In this document: positions 9,611-18,848 of the stretch, in pieces
Numbering within the stretch: the stretch's first letter is position 1
Layout: the number at the start of each line of letters is the position of its first letter
Assembly (NCBI GenBank): GCA_020636225.1
Contig: JACJYI010000007.1
Span: 82,352 to 146,351, forward strand
Source of the DNA: Lewinellaceae bacterium
GTDB lineage: Bacteria; Bacteroidota; Bacteroidia; Chitinophagales; Saprospiraceae
Direction of reading: 5' to 3'
DNA length: 64,000 nt
Position numbers and translations under genes: made by a program
The notes under the pieces: generated by a model
Told to the model about the DNA's origin: nothing
The model's database searches: none
The model's input: only the letters and a program-made list of their open reading frames with translations

Positions 9611-11506
9611 TCAGGCGTTCTGAGGTTGAGTAATAGTTCGAATCGCATCCAGGATGGATTTGGGGCGCATGGGCTGGCCATGCACATTGGAAAAGCATCC
9701 AATGTCTACCAGGGTCCGGGCACGCAGGACCCAGGCCAGCTGGGCGTACCGGCGGTGTTCGGCAGGTACAAATTCATCATCGACGGCGTCGCTGTAATTG
9801 ATCTCGGCAGTCACCACGTTCTTGAACCGGCTGAAGATCTGCTTCAACTCCGGCTCGAATGGGCTCATGAACCGCAAATGCAGGGAGGAAACGGCGATGC
9901 CCTCTGCCCGGGCACGATCGACGGCCTCCTCGATGGCTCCGCGGGTGGAACCCCAGCCGACGACCAGCAGATCGCCCTGATCGTCGCCATGGATTCGGGG
10001 TGGTTTCAGTGTGCGGGCGAAGGCCGCCAGTTTGCGGCTGCGCATGGTCGAACTGCGCTGATTGACCTCCGGCAGGTAGGATACTCTGCCTTCCTTATTG
10101 TGATTGAGGCCGGTCACGGTGAATTCACCACCGCGCTGTCCCGGAATGGGACGCTTGCTGATGCCGTTGGACGGTTCCCACTCGTAGGGATTGAGTCCCT
10201 GCGGCCAGGGAGACTGGTCGATGGGAGGAGCGAACCATTCCTTTCGTGGTTTCGGTCGGGCGAAGGGCTGGACCCCGGTAGCCAGGTTGGAGTCGGTCAG
10301 CACAAAGACCGGCGTCCGGAAGGCTTCGGCGATCTGGCGGGCCAGGATGACGAACTGGAAGCATTCTTCAATGGTAGAGGGTGCCAGGACGATCTTGGGG
10401 GTGTCCCCGGGTTGTCCGTACAGGACAGCGAGCAGGTCGCTCTGTTCCACCTTGGTAGGCATCCCTGTGGAGGGACCGCCGCGCTGGACATCGATGATCA
10501 CCAGGGGCACCTCTGCCATGACGGCCAGCCCGATGAATTCGGTCTTCAGGGCCAGGCCGGGGCCGGAAGTGATGGTCACGGCCGGCTTGCCGGAATAGGA
10601 ACTCCCGATGGCAAACCCGATGGCCGCGATCTCATCCTCCGCCTGGTGAACCAGTCCACCGGCGCGCTCGAAGCACTCGGCCAGGTGGTGAGAGGCTGAG
10701 GTTGCCGGGGTAATGGGATACATGGAGCAGACCTCGATACCCGAAGCGATCACCCCGAGGCTGAGGGCCTCATTGCCATTCATCACCACCTGATCAATCT
10801 CACCCAGGGTAGGTGGCAGGTCATACAGGAAGTCCAGATGCTTGCCAGCCCATTCAAACCCGCCCTGCAGCAGCTGGAGGTTGACATCCACGACTTGCTG
10901 GGATTTCTTGCGGAAGGTATGCCGGATCTGATCGGCAGCGATCTCGATGTCGCGATTGTACAACTGGCAAAGGAGGCCCAGAACCCACATGTTCTTTCCG
11001 CGGCGGGCGTCGGGCACGACCTTGAGGCATTCCTCCTGCATGGGGATCTCGTAGACCTCAAAGCCGAGGCGCTTGAAGTCGGCCACCGCCCGGGCGTAAT
11101 TCTCCCGCACCTCCTCATCATCGTGGGAGGCCCACATGCTTTCCAGCAGGATCTTGGTCCCTTTCTGGTAGGCACCCTGTTCGATCCGGGAATACGGGGC
11201 GATCTCGTTAAAGGCCACGACAATGTTCGCCTCGTCGCCGGCATTGCTGACCACTCCTGATCCGATGCGAATGCGGATGCCGGAGGCACTTTCCTTGGTG
11301 CGGGGAGGTGGTTGGATATCGGAAGGAATGATCTCTACCGTCCAGACACCGTTGCCCATTTTGGCACTGATGGCACCAAAGCTCTGTCCGGCCTTCTGGG
11401 CCCCTTCGCCGGAGTCGCTGACGATCTCCACGATGTGTTCAGACAGGGTGGTTCGTTCTCGGGTAGCCGGAACTGGTCCGGCAGTGGTTGTCGATTGTCC
11501 TGACAT
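9611..11506 (-). CDS. korA: 2-oxoacid:ferredoxin oxidoreductase alpha subunit
   Basis: It has the YPITPATSASHHL and RGGPSTGMPTKVEQSDL motifs typical of the KorA/OorA family. Start chosen at MSGQSTT (11506). Confidence 0.85.
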   Translation of the reverse strand: MSGQSTTTAGPVPATRERTTLSEHIVEIVSDSGEGAQKAGQSFGAISAKMGNGVWTVEIIPSDIQPPPRTKESASGIRIRIGSGVVSNAGDEANIVVAFNEIAPYSRIEQGAYQKGTKILLESMWASHDDEEVRENYARAVADFKRLGFEVYEIPMQEECLKVVPDARRGKNMWVLGLLCQLYNRDIEIAADQIRHTFRKKSQQVVDVNLQLLQGGFEWAGKHLDFLYDLPPTLGEIDQVVMNGNEALSLGVIASGIEVCSMYPITPATSASHHLAECFERAGGLVHQAEDEIAAIGFAIGSSYSGKPAVTITSGPGLALKTEFIGLAVMAEVPLVIIDVQRGGPSTGMPTKVEQSDLLAVLYGQPGDTPKIVLAPSTIEECFQFVILARQIAEAFRTPVFVLTDSNLATGVQPFARPKPRKEWFAPPIDQSPWPQGLNPYEWEPSNGISKRPIPGQRGGEFTVTGLNHNKEGRVSYLPEVNQRSSTMRSRKLAAFARTLKPPRIHGDDQGDLLVVGWGSTRGAIEEAVDRARAEGIAVSSLHLRFMSPFEPELKQIFSRFKNVVTAEINYSDAVDDEFVPAEHRRYAQLAWVLRARTLVDIGCFSNVHGQPMRPKSILDAIRTITQPQNA

Positions 11507-11638
11507 GATTTCAGATTGACCGCTTCTTTTTGCGTAGCTAAACGATAGGCCAAAGTCCGGGTATTTGGGAGCCTGATAAATGATCTGAATCAATGGTGAC
11601 GGGTATCATGGTCATGGAGGAGGGATGAGGGATGGGTC

Positions 11639-11670
11639 GAGGAGTTGAGGAGTTGAGGAGTCGAGGAGGA
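11639..11670. repeat. Tandem octamer GAGGAGT(T/C), 4 copies
   Basis: Read directly as gaggagtt gaggagtt gaggagtc gaggagga. The complementary motif ctcaacttctcgactcctcc recurs at about 16637 and 16985. Confidence 0.8.
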
Positions 11671-11755
11671 GGTTATGCCTGCCCGCCGCAGCCCCCCCCT
11701 GAGGACTCAGGGTGATGGCCGGATCCAAACTTGACCTTCACGGCCAACGTCAGGG

Positions 11756-11873
11756 GACCGAAGACCGAGGACCGAAGACTGAGGACTGAGGACTGAGGAC
11801 CGAGGACCGAGGACTCCCTGACACCTAGACACCTGACAAACCCATAAACGAATAAACTCATAAACGAATAACC
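11756..11873. repeat. Composite repeat copy A: heptamer microsatellite (GAC[C/T]GA[A/G], 8 copies) plus conserved core
   Basis: gaccgaa gaccgag gaccgaa gactgag x3 gaccgag x2 is followed by gactccctgacacctagacacctgacaaacccataaacgaataaactcataaacgaataa. The same core follows heptamer tracts at 16074 and 16733. Confidence 0.8.
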
Positions 11874-12017
11874 CTTTCAACCCCTCAATTTGCCAGCAGA
11901 AACAAAGACAGGAGGAACCGGCAAGCTATAATATTTACGTTCCCTTAGTATTCCTCTCATCTGGAGGTAACATACCGGTAATATCCTTGTGGTTTGATCA
12001 ACCTTACAACCACAACC

Positions 12018-14779
12018 ATGAGGAACATCGCCATTCTATTCGGACTTCTGTTCAGCTTGACGCTCCATGCCCAGACCGGCGTGCTCAGCGGACGCATTAT
12101 CGATGAATCCAACCTGCCACTTCCCGGAGCCACACTCAGCCTGGGCGGTGAACAAGGTGCCTTTTCCAATGCCAGCGGGTATTACACCTTCGCCGCCTTG
12201 CCGGTCGGAACATATACCCTGAACGTATCTTTCATCGGCTATGAAACCCAGGAGGAACAGGTCACCATCACGGCCGGTGAAACGACCGTGCTTGACGTTC
12301 AGCTGACGCCCGGACTGAATCTCCAGGAAGTGGTGGTCACCAGTCAGCTGCGGGGCCAGGCAAGAGCACTGAACAACCAGTTGGCGAATGACAACATCAC
12401 CAACGTCATCGCTTCCGATCAGATCGGTCGGTTCCCGGATGCCAACATCGGGGATGCCATGAAGCGAATCCCGGGCATCAACGTGCAGTATGACCAGGGT
12501 GAGGCCCGGTTTGGCAATATTCGGGGCACCGCTCCCCAGCTGAATGCCATTACCATCAACGGCGAACGGATCCCTTCCGCCGAAGCAGAGATCCGATCGA
12601 TCCAGCTGGACCTGATCCCGTCGGACATGATCCAGACCGTCGAGGTCAACAAGGCCGTCACTCCTGACATGGACGCTGATGCCATCGGTGGCTCCGTCAA
12701 CCTGGTGACCCGCGCCGCTCCCTATGAACAGCGGATCTCCGGCACCCTGGGCGCCGGCTACAACATCCTGGCCGAAAAGCCCACCTTCAATGGCTCCCTG
12801 ATCTTTGGCGACCGGTATGCCGGGAACAAGCTCGGGGTCATCCTCAGTGCATCCTATTTCGACAACAATCTCGGCTCGGACAACGTCGAAGCCGAATGGA
12901 CCTATGACGACGCCAACGACAACGATCGCTTTGACGAAGGCGAGGAAACTTGGGCCGAAGAGATCCAGATCCGGCAGTACTATCTGCAGCGGATCCGTCA
13001 GAGCTATTCCCTGTCGCTTGATTATGCCTTCAACCCGAATCACACCATCTTCTTCAAGGGCATCTACAACCGGAGGAAGGACTGGGAAAGCCGCTATCGC
13101 TCCATCTTTTCCGATATCGAGAATGACAACGGCCAATGGGTAGGCGAGCTGCAACGCGAGGTGAAGGCCAGCACGAAAGACAATAAATATGCCCGCCTGG
13201 AGGACCAGGAGATGCTGAACTATGCCCTGTCCGGCAAGCACCTTCTGGGCAACGCCACCCTGACCTGGTCGGCCAACTACGCCAAGGCATCAGAAGACCG
13301 GCCCAACGAACGATACTACGAGATCGCCACTGACGGAACAGTGGATTTGACCACGGATTTCTCCAATCCGGAAAAACCTTTTGCCCAGGCGGTGGATCCA
13401 CTCTTCCAGAATCCGAGCAGTGCCTGGGAGTTCCCGAGTTGACCGAGGAATTCCAAAACACGACCGATGAGGACATCAATGGCCGCATCGACCTGGATTT
13501 CCCTATCAACCTGGGCAACAACCCGGGCTCGATCAAGATCGGGGGCCGTATCCGCACCAAGATGAAAGACCGGAAGAATGATTTCTACAGTTACGAACCG
13601 ACCACGGATGCTGTCTTTGACAACAGCCTGTTGGATACCGAGAACCTGACCAAGGACAACTTCCTTCCCGGCGACTATGAGGTGGGCACCTTCACGACCA
13701 AGGAATACGTGGGAGGCCTGAACCTGACCGGCCCGGATTTCGAAGGAGAACAGGACTTGAGCGAACTGGCAGGTAATTTCAATGCCTCGGAAAGCATTCT
13801 GGGTGGTTACGCCATGTTGCGTCAGAACGTGGGGAAAAAACTGCTCGTCCTGGCGGGACTCCGACTTGAACAGACGAACCTGGAATACGAAGGATTTACC
13901 TACGACGATGAGGAGGAAACACTGGATGCCACACCCAAGGCCACCAGCGACTATCTGAATGTGTTGCCCGGGATACACCTCAAGTACAATGTGGCTCCGC
14001 GCTCCGTCCTCCGCCTGGCCTGGACCAATACGCTCGCCCGCCCGAACTACTTCGACCTTGTGCCCTACCGGCAGATCGAAGACGGCGAGGAACTGTCGAT
14101 CGGCAATCCGGCTCTGAATGCTACCACCTCCATGAACCTTGACCTGATGGCCGAGCATTATTTTGGCAATGTCGGCCTGGTGTCCGGAGGTGTGTTCTAC
14201 AAGGATGTACAGGACTTCATCGTCAATCAGACCTTTGATGACTATACGTTTGAAGGTCGGGAATGGGCATCGTTCTCTCAGCCCATCAACGGAGGCAATG
14301 CCTCCCTGCTCGGATTCGAGGTGGCCTTCCAGCGTCAACTGGATTTCATCGCCCCTGCCCTGCGAGGTGTCGGTGTCTATTTCAACTACACGTATATTGA
14401 CTCGGAAGTCACAGATTTCAACTTCGAAGGCCGCGAGAATGACAAGCTGGAATTGCCTGGCTCGCCCAAGCACACCCTGAATGCCTCCCTGGCCTGGGAG
14501 GGTCGTCGGTTCACATCCCGCCTGTCCCTGAACTATGCCAGCGACTTCCTCTCGGAGGTTGGCGAAGAATCATTTGGCGATATCCATTACGACCAGGTGA
14601 CCTACCTGGACCTGAATTTCAGTTACAGCCTGAACAAGAACTGGGTAATCTATGCCAACGCCAATAACCTGCTGAACCAACCACTGCGATTCTTCCAGGG
14701 CGTATCTGACCAGACCTACCAGGCAGAATATTATAACACACGCTTTGACCTGGGCGTGAAGTTTGACTTCACCCGATAG
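12018..14779 (+). pseudogene. TonB-dependent receptor (CarboxypepD_reg-like N-domain, plug, barrel) split by a frameshift near 13430-13442
   Basis: Two abutting ORFs (to 13442, and from 13439) together read as one ~920-aa TBDR. It has a signal peptide (MRNIAILFGLLFSLTLHAQ) and ends in a terminal aromatic residue context (FDLGVKFDFTR). The second ORF is in the -1 frame, consistent with a 1-nt loss in ...gagttcccg(g)agttgacc.... It could also be a sequencing error. Confidence 0.6.
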
Positions 14780-14907
14780 TCAGGGTAATCGATTTCCTTC
14801 AGGACCATTTGCCGGGTACAGAATCCTCTGGCATCCGGCAAATGGTCCTCCCTGTCTTAGCTTTTCATGATCAGACTGGTTTAATTTCGTCATTCCAATC
14901 CATCCTG

Positions 14908-16068
14908 ATGATCCATGCACTTCGCTCGACGGTTTTGCTCTTGATTGCCGTCTGTTTCCTTGCCTGTCGCCAGCAGCCTTCCGGTTCAAAACCCCCGGTT
15001 CGATCCAGCGGGGAGATCGAGGCCCGGGAGGATTCGCTGCAATTGCAGGCCGCCTATGCCCGGCAGCGACTCATCCAGTGGTCCATCACACCGGATGCCG
15101 AGACCCGGGCCATTCATGCCAATTCTGAAGAGGACGCGGCAGATGATCCCGCCATCTGGGTCCATCCGACGGATGTCTCCAGGTCCATGATCTACGGATC
15201 CAACAAGAAAGGCGGGTTGGCCAGTTACAACCTGACCGGGGAGGAAGTCGCCTACTACGCGATCGGGAATGTCAACAACGTGGATATTCTGGACCAGTTT
15301 CCCCTGGGGAAGGACCGTGTGCCGATCCTCGGCTGCAGCAATCGCACCCACCAATCGATCGACCTGTTCCGCATCGACATGCCGACGGGTGAGCTGAAGC
15401 CTGTCACAACAGACACCCTGTTCACCGATCCGGCCTTGGTCGACGACATCTACGGCTTCTGTTTTGCCGTTGATCGCCAGACCAACACAGCATACTGTGT
15501 GATCAATGCCAAGAATGGCCTGGTCCAGCAGTTCCGGATGGTCGACAAAGGAGGCCGCATCGCCATGGAGCTGGCCCGATCGATACAAATGGACTCCCAG
15601 CCGGAAGGCATGGTGGCCGATGCGGAGACGGGATTCCTCTACATCGGGGAAGAAGGTCGCGGTATTTGGAAAACAGCGATCGATCCGTCTGCCGGCACGC
15701 AGAAGACATTGATCAAAGGCAGTGACGACAGCAATCCCAACATCAGCTATGATATCGAAGGCTTGAGTATGTACAAAGACGGAGACTCCGGATACCTCGT
15801 TGCGAGCAGCCAGGGCAATTTCTCCTATGCCGTGTTCGAGCGGTTGGGCGACAACCGGTATGTCGGCAGTTTCAAGATCGTGGATGGAAATGGTCTGGAT
15901 GGTGTGGAGGAGACGGACGGCCTGGACATCGTCCGGGATTCCCTCAGCCCGATGTATCCCAGAGGGCTACTGGTCGTCCAGGACGGCTTCAACTACGAAG
16001 GCGAGACGATGGTACCCCAGAATTTCAAGCTGATCAGTATGACGAAGGTACTGGAGCTGTTGAAGTAA
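14908..16068 (+). CDS. Beta-propeller 3-phytase, lipoprotein
   Basis: The AADDPAIWVHPTD...YGSNKKGGLASYNL motif is typical of the BPP phytase family. A lipobox-like signal (LLLIAVCFLAC) follows the ATG at 14908. Confidence 0.75.
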   Translation: MIHALRSTVLLLIAVCFLACRQQPSGSKPPVRSSGEIEAREDSLQLQAAYARQRLIQWSITPDAETRAIHANSEEDAADDPAIWVHPTDVSRSMIYGSNKKGGLASYNLTGEEVAYYAIGNVNNVDILDQFPLGKDRVPILGCSNRTHQSIDLFRIDMPTGELKPVTTDTLFTDPALVDDIYGFCFAVDRQTNTAYCVINAKNGLVQQFRMVDKGGRIAMELARSIQMDSQPEGMVADAETGFLYIGEEGRGIWKTAIDPSAGTQKTLIKGSDDSNPNISYDIEGLSMYKDGDSGYLVASSQGNFSYAVFERLGDNRYVGSFKIVDGNGLDGVEETDGLDIVRDSLSPMYPRGLLVVQDGFNYEGETMVPQNFKLISMTKVLELLK

Positions 16069-16073
16069 GGAAT

Positions 16074-16290
16074 GACGGAGGACTGAGGACCGTGGACCGA
16101 GGACTCCCGGACGCCTAGTCACCTGACTAACCATTAACCGAATCAACTCATAAACGAATAAACTCATACCTGTCCGCCGTGGCGGAAACGAATAAACCCA
16201 TAAACCCTTCTACCTGCCAGGAACGAGTGGAAAAACTGCCGGCTGGCAGGGAGGACCAAAGACAAAAGACCGAAGACCGTGGACCGAGGA
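16074..16290. repeat. Composite repeat copy B (heptamers, ~150-nt core, heptamers)
   Basis: gacggag gactgag gaccgtg gaccgag, then the core gactcccggacgcctagtcacctgactaaccattaaccgaatcaactcataaacgaataaactcatacctgtccgccgtggcggaaacgaataaaccca...ctacctgccaggaacgagtggaaaaactgccggctggcaggga, then gaccaaa gacaaaa gaccgaa gaccgtg gaccgag. Confidence 0.85.
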
Positions 16291-16311
16291 GAAGTTGTTC
16301 GTTACAATCCT

Positions 16312-16355
16312 CGGGAGTATTCTAAAAAGTGTTGACCCTCTATAGAATACTCCCG
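16312..16355. repeat. Perfect 13-bp inverted repeat (cgggagtattcta / tagaatactcccg) with an 18-nt spacer
   Basis: Read directly from the sequence. The related half-site gggagtat recurs at about 16543. Confidence 0.8.
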
Positions 16356-16430
16356 TGAGAGATGTTGTTGCAATCGTTGTATTGATATCGCCTTGTCATC
16401 CCCGGTGCAATTGATCTCGAATGCTACACA

Positions 16431-16474
16431 GACGGAATACTGACGGAATACTGACGGAATACTGACGGGATATA
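16431..16474. repeat. Tandem 11-mer GACGGAATACT, 3 copies plus one degenerate copy
   Basis: gacggaatact gacggaatact gacggaatact gacgggatata, read directly. Confidence 0.85.
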
Positions 16475-16732
16475 TGTGGAGTATCTGTACTGTAACTCTA
16501 CTTCAGTAACCCACTATCCCTACAGGTTGAGAAGCTGGATACGGGAGTATATCCGAGAGAAGTAGATGCTGCAATGTCAACGCGCCTTTAGCGCAGCTGG
16601 CCGGACTTCGGTGCAAACACCGGGTGGATGTTTTCCTCAACTTCTCGACTCCTCCACTCCTCCCCCTCATAACCTCCAAACTCCCGCCTACCGGCGAGGC
16701 AGGCATAACCTCAATACCCGGTTGCTAGGGAG

Positions 16733-16970
16733 GACGGAAGACCGGAGACCGGAGACCGTGGACCGAGGACCGAGGACCGAGGACCGAGGACTCCCGGACG
16801 CCTAGTCACATGACTAACCATTAACTGAATCAACTAATAAACGAATAAACTCATACCTGTCCGCCGTGGCGGAAACGAATAAACCCACTAACGCATCTAC
16901 CTGCCAGGAACGAGAGGAAAAACTGCCGGCTGGCAGGGAAGACGGAGGGACGGAGGGAGACCTCAGTACA
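16733..16970. repeat. Composite repeat copy C (9 heptamers, ~150-nt core, GGA-rich tail)
   Basis: gacggaa gaccgga x2 gaccgtg gaccgag x4 is followed by a core nearly identical to copy B (a few substitutions, e.g. cacatgac vs cacctgac). Confidence 0.85.
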
Positions 16971-17385
16971 GATGATTCTTCTCCTCAACTTCTCGACTCC
17001 TCCACCTGCCTGACACCAAGACGGTGAGCTTAAACGTGCCAGATTGCTGAGCAATGTGAAAGACCTGAGGACAGGATTACTTGCAGTGATCCTGAAGATG
17101 GGGGGAAAGTGGGGAGTGGTGGGTGGAGAGTTGAGTGTAGGGAATGGACAGAAGAAATGACGTCCCTCCAAACTCATAAACTCATAACCTCATAACCTCT
17201 CGGATGGAGAGACGAAGGGCCGAATAGGGGCCAGCCTGGCAACCTACTTGAACGACTAGAGGCCAGGATTGCTGGCGCGATCCTGAAGATGGGGGGATTC
17301 AAGCCGCAAAGGCTGCGCCCTGTGGGCGCGCCTTTTGCATATCTGGCCGGCCTTCGGTGCAAGCACCGGGCCAGCCAGATATGCA

Positions 17386-17414
17386 AAAGGCTGCCGACTT
17401 CGTCGGCAGCCTTT
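17386..17414 (-). terminator. Probable native terminator of tRNA-Pro, now stranded next to the displaced tRNA 3' fragment
   Basis: On the minus strand, 7 nt after the tRNA fragment, the stem aaaggctgccgac / gtcggcagccttt forms with a 3-nt loop. It is followed by ttgc. Confidence 0.5.
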
Positions 17415-17420
17415 GCGGTT

Positions 17421-17466
17421 TGTCGGGGTGACAGGATTTGAACCTGCGACCACACGCCCCCCAGAC
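17421..17466. repeat. attL: 46-bp direct repeat, a displaced copy of tRNA-Pro positions ~31-73 plus 2 nt
   Basis: tgtcggggtgacaggatttgaacctgcgaccacacgccccccagac is identical base for base to 41109-41154. The flanks diverge immediately on both sides. Confidence 0.9.
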
Positions 17467-17591
17467 AACAATTTTATACTTTTTGATATCTATCGATTTT
17501 TTCAACACATTCGTATATGACTGATTTTCTGCTATTTATAAGATTCGCTCATCATGGTTGCTTATCGAGAATTGTCGTTATTTTGCAGAAT

Positions 17592-17613
17592 TGTTTACAC
17601 CATGTTTACACCA
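17592..17613. repeat. Perfect tandem 11-mer TGTTTACACCA x2, 12 nt upstream of the integrase ATG (candidate arm-type / operator site)
   Basis: Read directly. A 14-nt identical string caccatgtttacac plus the variant tgcttacacc occurs at 41034-41059, just inside attR, in the same orientation. Confidence 0.6.
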
Positions 17614-17624
17614 GACGCGGAAAA

Positions 17625-18848
17625 ATGGCCTCTGCAAAACTCATTCGATACAAGTATAAGGTGCTCTCTGATGGCTCCTCCCCCATCATGGTTCAGGTCA
17701 TCCATAACAGGAAGATCGCCCGTTATGCCGTAGGATCCGATTACAAATGCACGGAGGAGCAATGGGATGATGCAGCCAGGGAGTTCACCAGAAGATTCTA
17801 TGGGTATAAGGAAAAGAATAAGGTGCTGAAAACGGTGGAGCTTCGGGCTTCCGAAATCCTGGACGACCTGATCAAATCAGGCAAACCCTTCACCTTCCAA
17901 TTGTTCGAAGAGCGATTCAGGTCCATCAGCCGGAATCCACCCACGGTCTACAAGTTCTTCGACATCCGAGTTTCCGAACTGACAGAGAAAGGCAAGGTCG
18001 GTAACGCCCGAGTCTATGCCGATATGAAGCGAGCCCTGATGAACTACTCCCCCAATCCGAATCTGATGTTTCCGGACATTGATTATGCCTTCCTGGACGG
18101 CTTCGAAACCCATCTGCTCAAAAGGAACTGTAGTGGTGGTGGCGTCCATAACTACATGCGCACCCTTAGAGCGTTGATCAATGAAGCAATCCGAAGACAA
18201 TTCCTCCCTGCTGAACTCTATCCATTCAAGAACCAGTTCAATCCCAAAGGCTACTCCCTGGCTCATCTCAAATCCAAAGCCAGTCCCAGGGCATTATCAT
18301 CCAAGGACCTGGAGAAGTTGAAAACCTTTAAGGTTGATCTACATCCCCACCTCAACTTTGCCTACAAAATCTTCATGTTCAGCTATTACAGCCGGGGCAT
18401 GAACTTCAAGGACATCGCCCAACTCCGAAAGGCCGACATCTATGACAATCGCCTGAACTATACACGTGCTAAGACAGGAGGAAACTTCACCATCAAAGTA
18501 TCGGCCAACCTCCAGGCCATCATCGATGAGTTCAATGACCCTGAAAGTGATTACATATTCCCAATTCTCTCCAGTCTTCACCAGACACCTCTCCAGATCA
18601 AATATCGAATCAGCAAGAAGCTCAAGGAAGTGAATGCGGGGTTGAAAGACATTTCAGACCTACTGGATATTGGTACAACTCTTACAACCTATGTAGCACG
18701 TCATACTTATGCCACCACTCTGAAGCGCCAATCGGTTGACATATCCAAGATCAGTCAGAGCCTGGGCCATGCGGATGTCATGACCACAAAGAATTACTTG
18801 GAAAAATTTGAACTCAGTGAAATAGATGAACTGGATGACCTTCTTTGA
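17625..18848 (+). CDS. Tyrosine recombinase / site-specific integrase (Bacteroidota type)
   Basis: 407 aa from MASAKLIRYKYKV. The C-terminal catalytic region has ARHTYATTL and LGHADVMTTKNYLE (the HxxR ... H ... Y pattern). It lies adjacent to attL. Confidence 0.85.
   Translation: MASAKLIRYKYKVLSDGSSPIMVQVIHNRKIARYAVGSDYKCTEEQWDDAAREFTRRFYGYKEKNKVLKTVELRASEILDDLIKSGKPFTFQLFEERFRSISRNPPTVYKFFDIRVSELTEKGKVGNARVYADMKRALMNYSPNPNLMFPDIDYAFLDGFETHLLKRNCSGGGVHNYMRTLRALINEAIRRQFLPAELYPFKNQFNPKGYSLAHLKSKASPRALSSKDLEKLKTFKVDLHPHLNFAYKIFMFSYYSRGMNFKDIAQLRKADIYDNRLNYTRAKTGGNFTIKVSANLQAIIDEFNDPESDYIFPILSSLHQTPLQIKYRISKKLKEVNAGLKDISDLLDIGTTLTTYVARHTYATTLKRQSVDISKISQSLGHADVMTTKNYLEKFELSEIDELDDLL

Noticed and set aside
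9608-9698. N-terminal extensions suggested by the ORF track (korB to 9698, korA to 11593, rnfB to 6139, integrase from 17517, dcd to 60840, giant to 40610, and others)
   Set aside because: Most begin at TTG or overlap the upstream gene. The downstream ATG gives canonical N-termini, signal peptides or ATGA coupling. Exact starts remain predictions.
12036-14473. 401-aa and 385-aa minus-strand ORFs opposite the TonB-dependent receptor
   Set aside because: They are antisense shadows of a gene with clear receptor motifs, and they contain no recognisable domains.
16581-16635. tRNA-like string ...gcgcctttagcgcagctgg... resembling an acceptor stem plus D-arm
   Set aside because: No cloverleaf can be completed: there is no anticodon stem or T-arm. 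A second copy at about 17327 shows it is part of a dispersed repeat unit.
16431-16970. Possible CRISPR array, because of the regularly spaced short repeats
   Set aside because: The repeats are 7-11 nt long and directly tandem with no unique spacers, so they are microsatellite-like and not CRISPR. No cas genes occur in the window.
11673-17177. Short ORFs starting MSLFVY... (11673-11861, 15967-16167) and 16851-17177, 17174-17455 and 17299-17508
   Set aside because: They are produced by translating the repeat family (heptamers give SSVLGP runs, and the core gives MSLFVY). The repeated DNA explains the similarity, not protein conservation.
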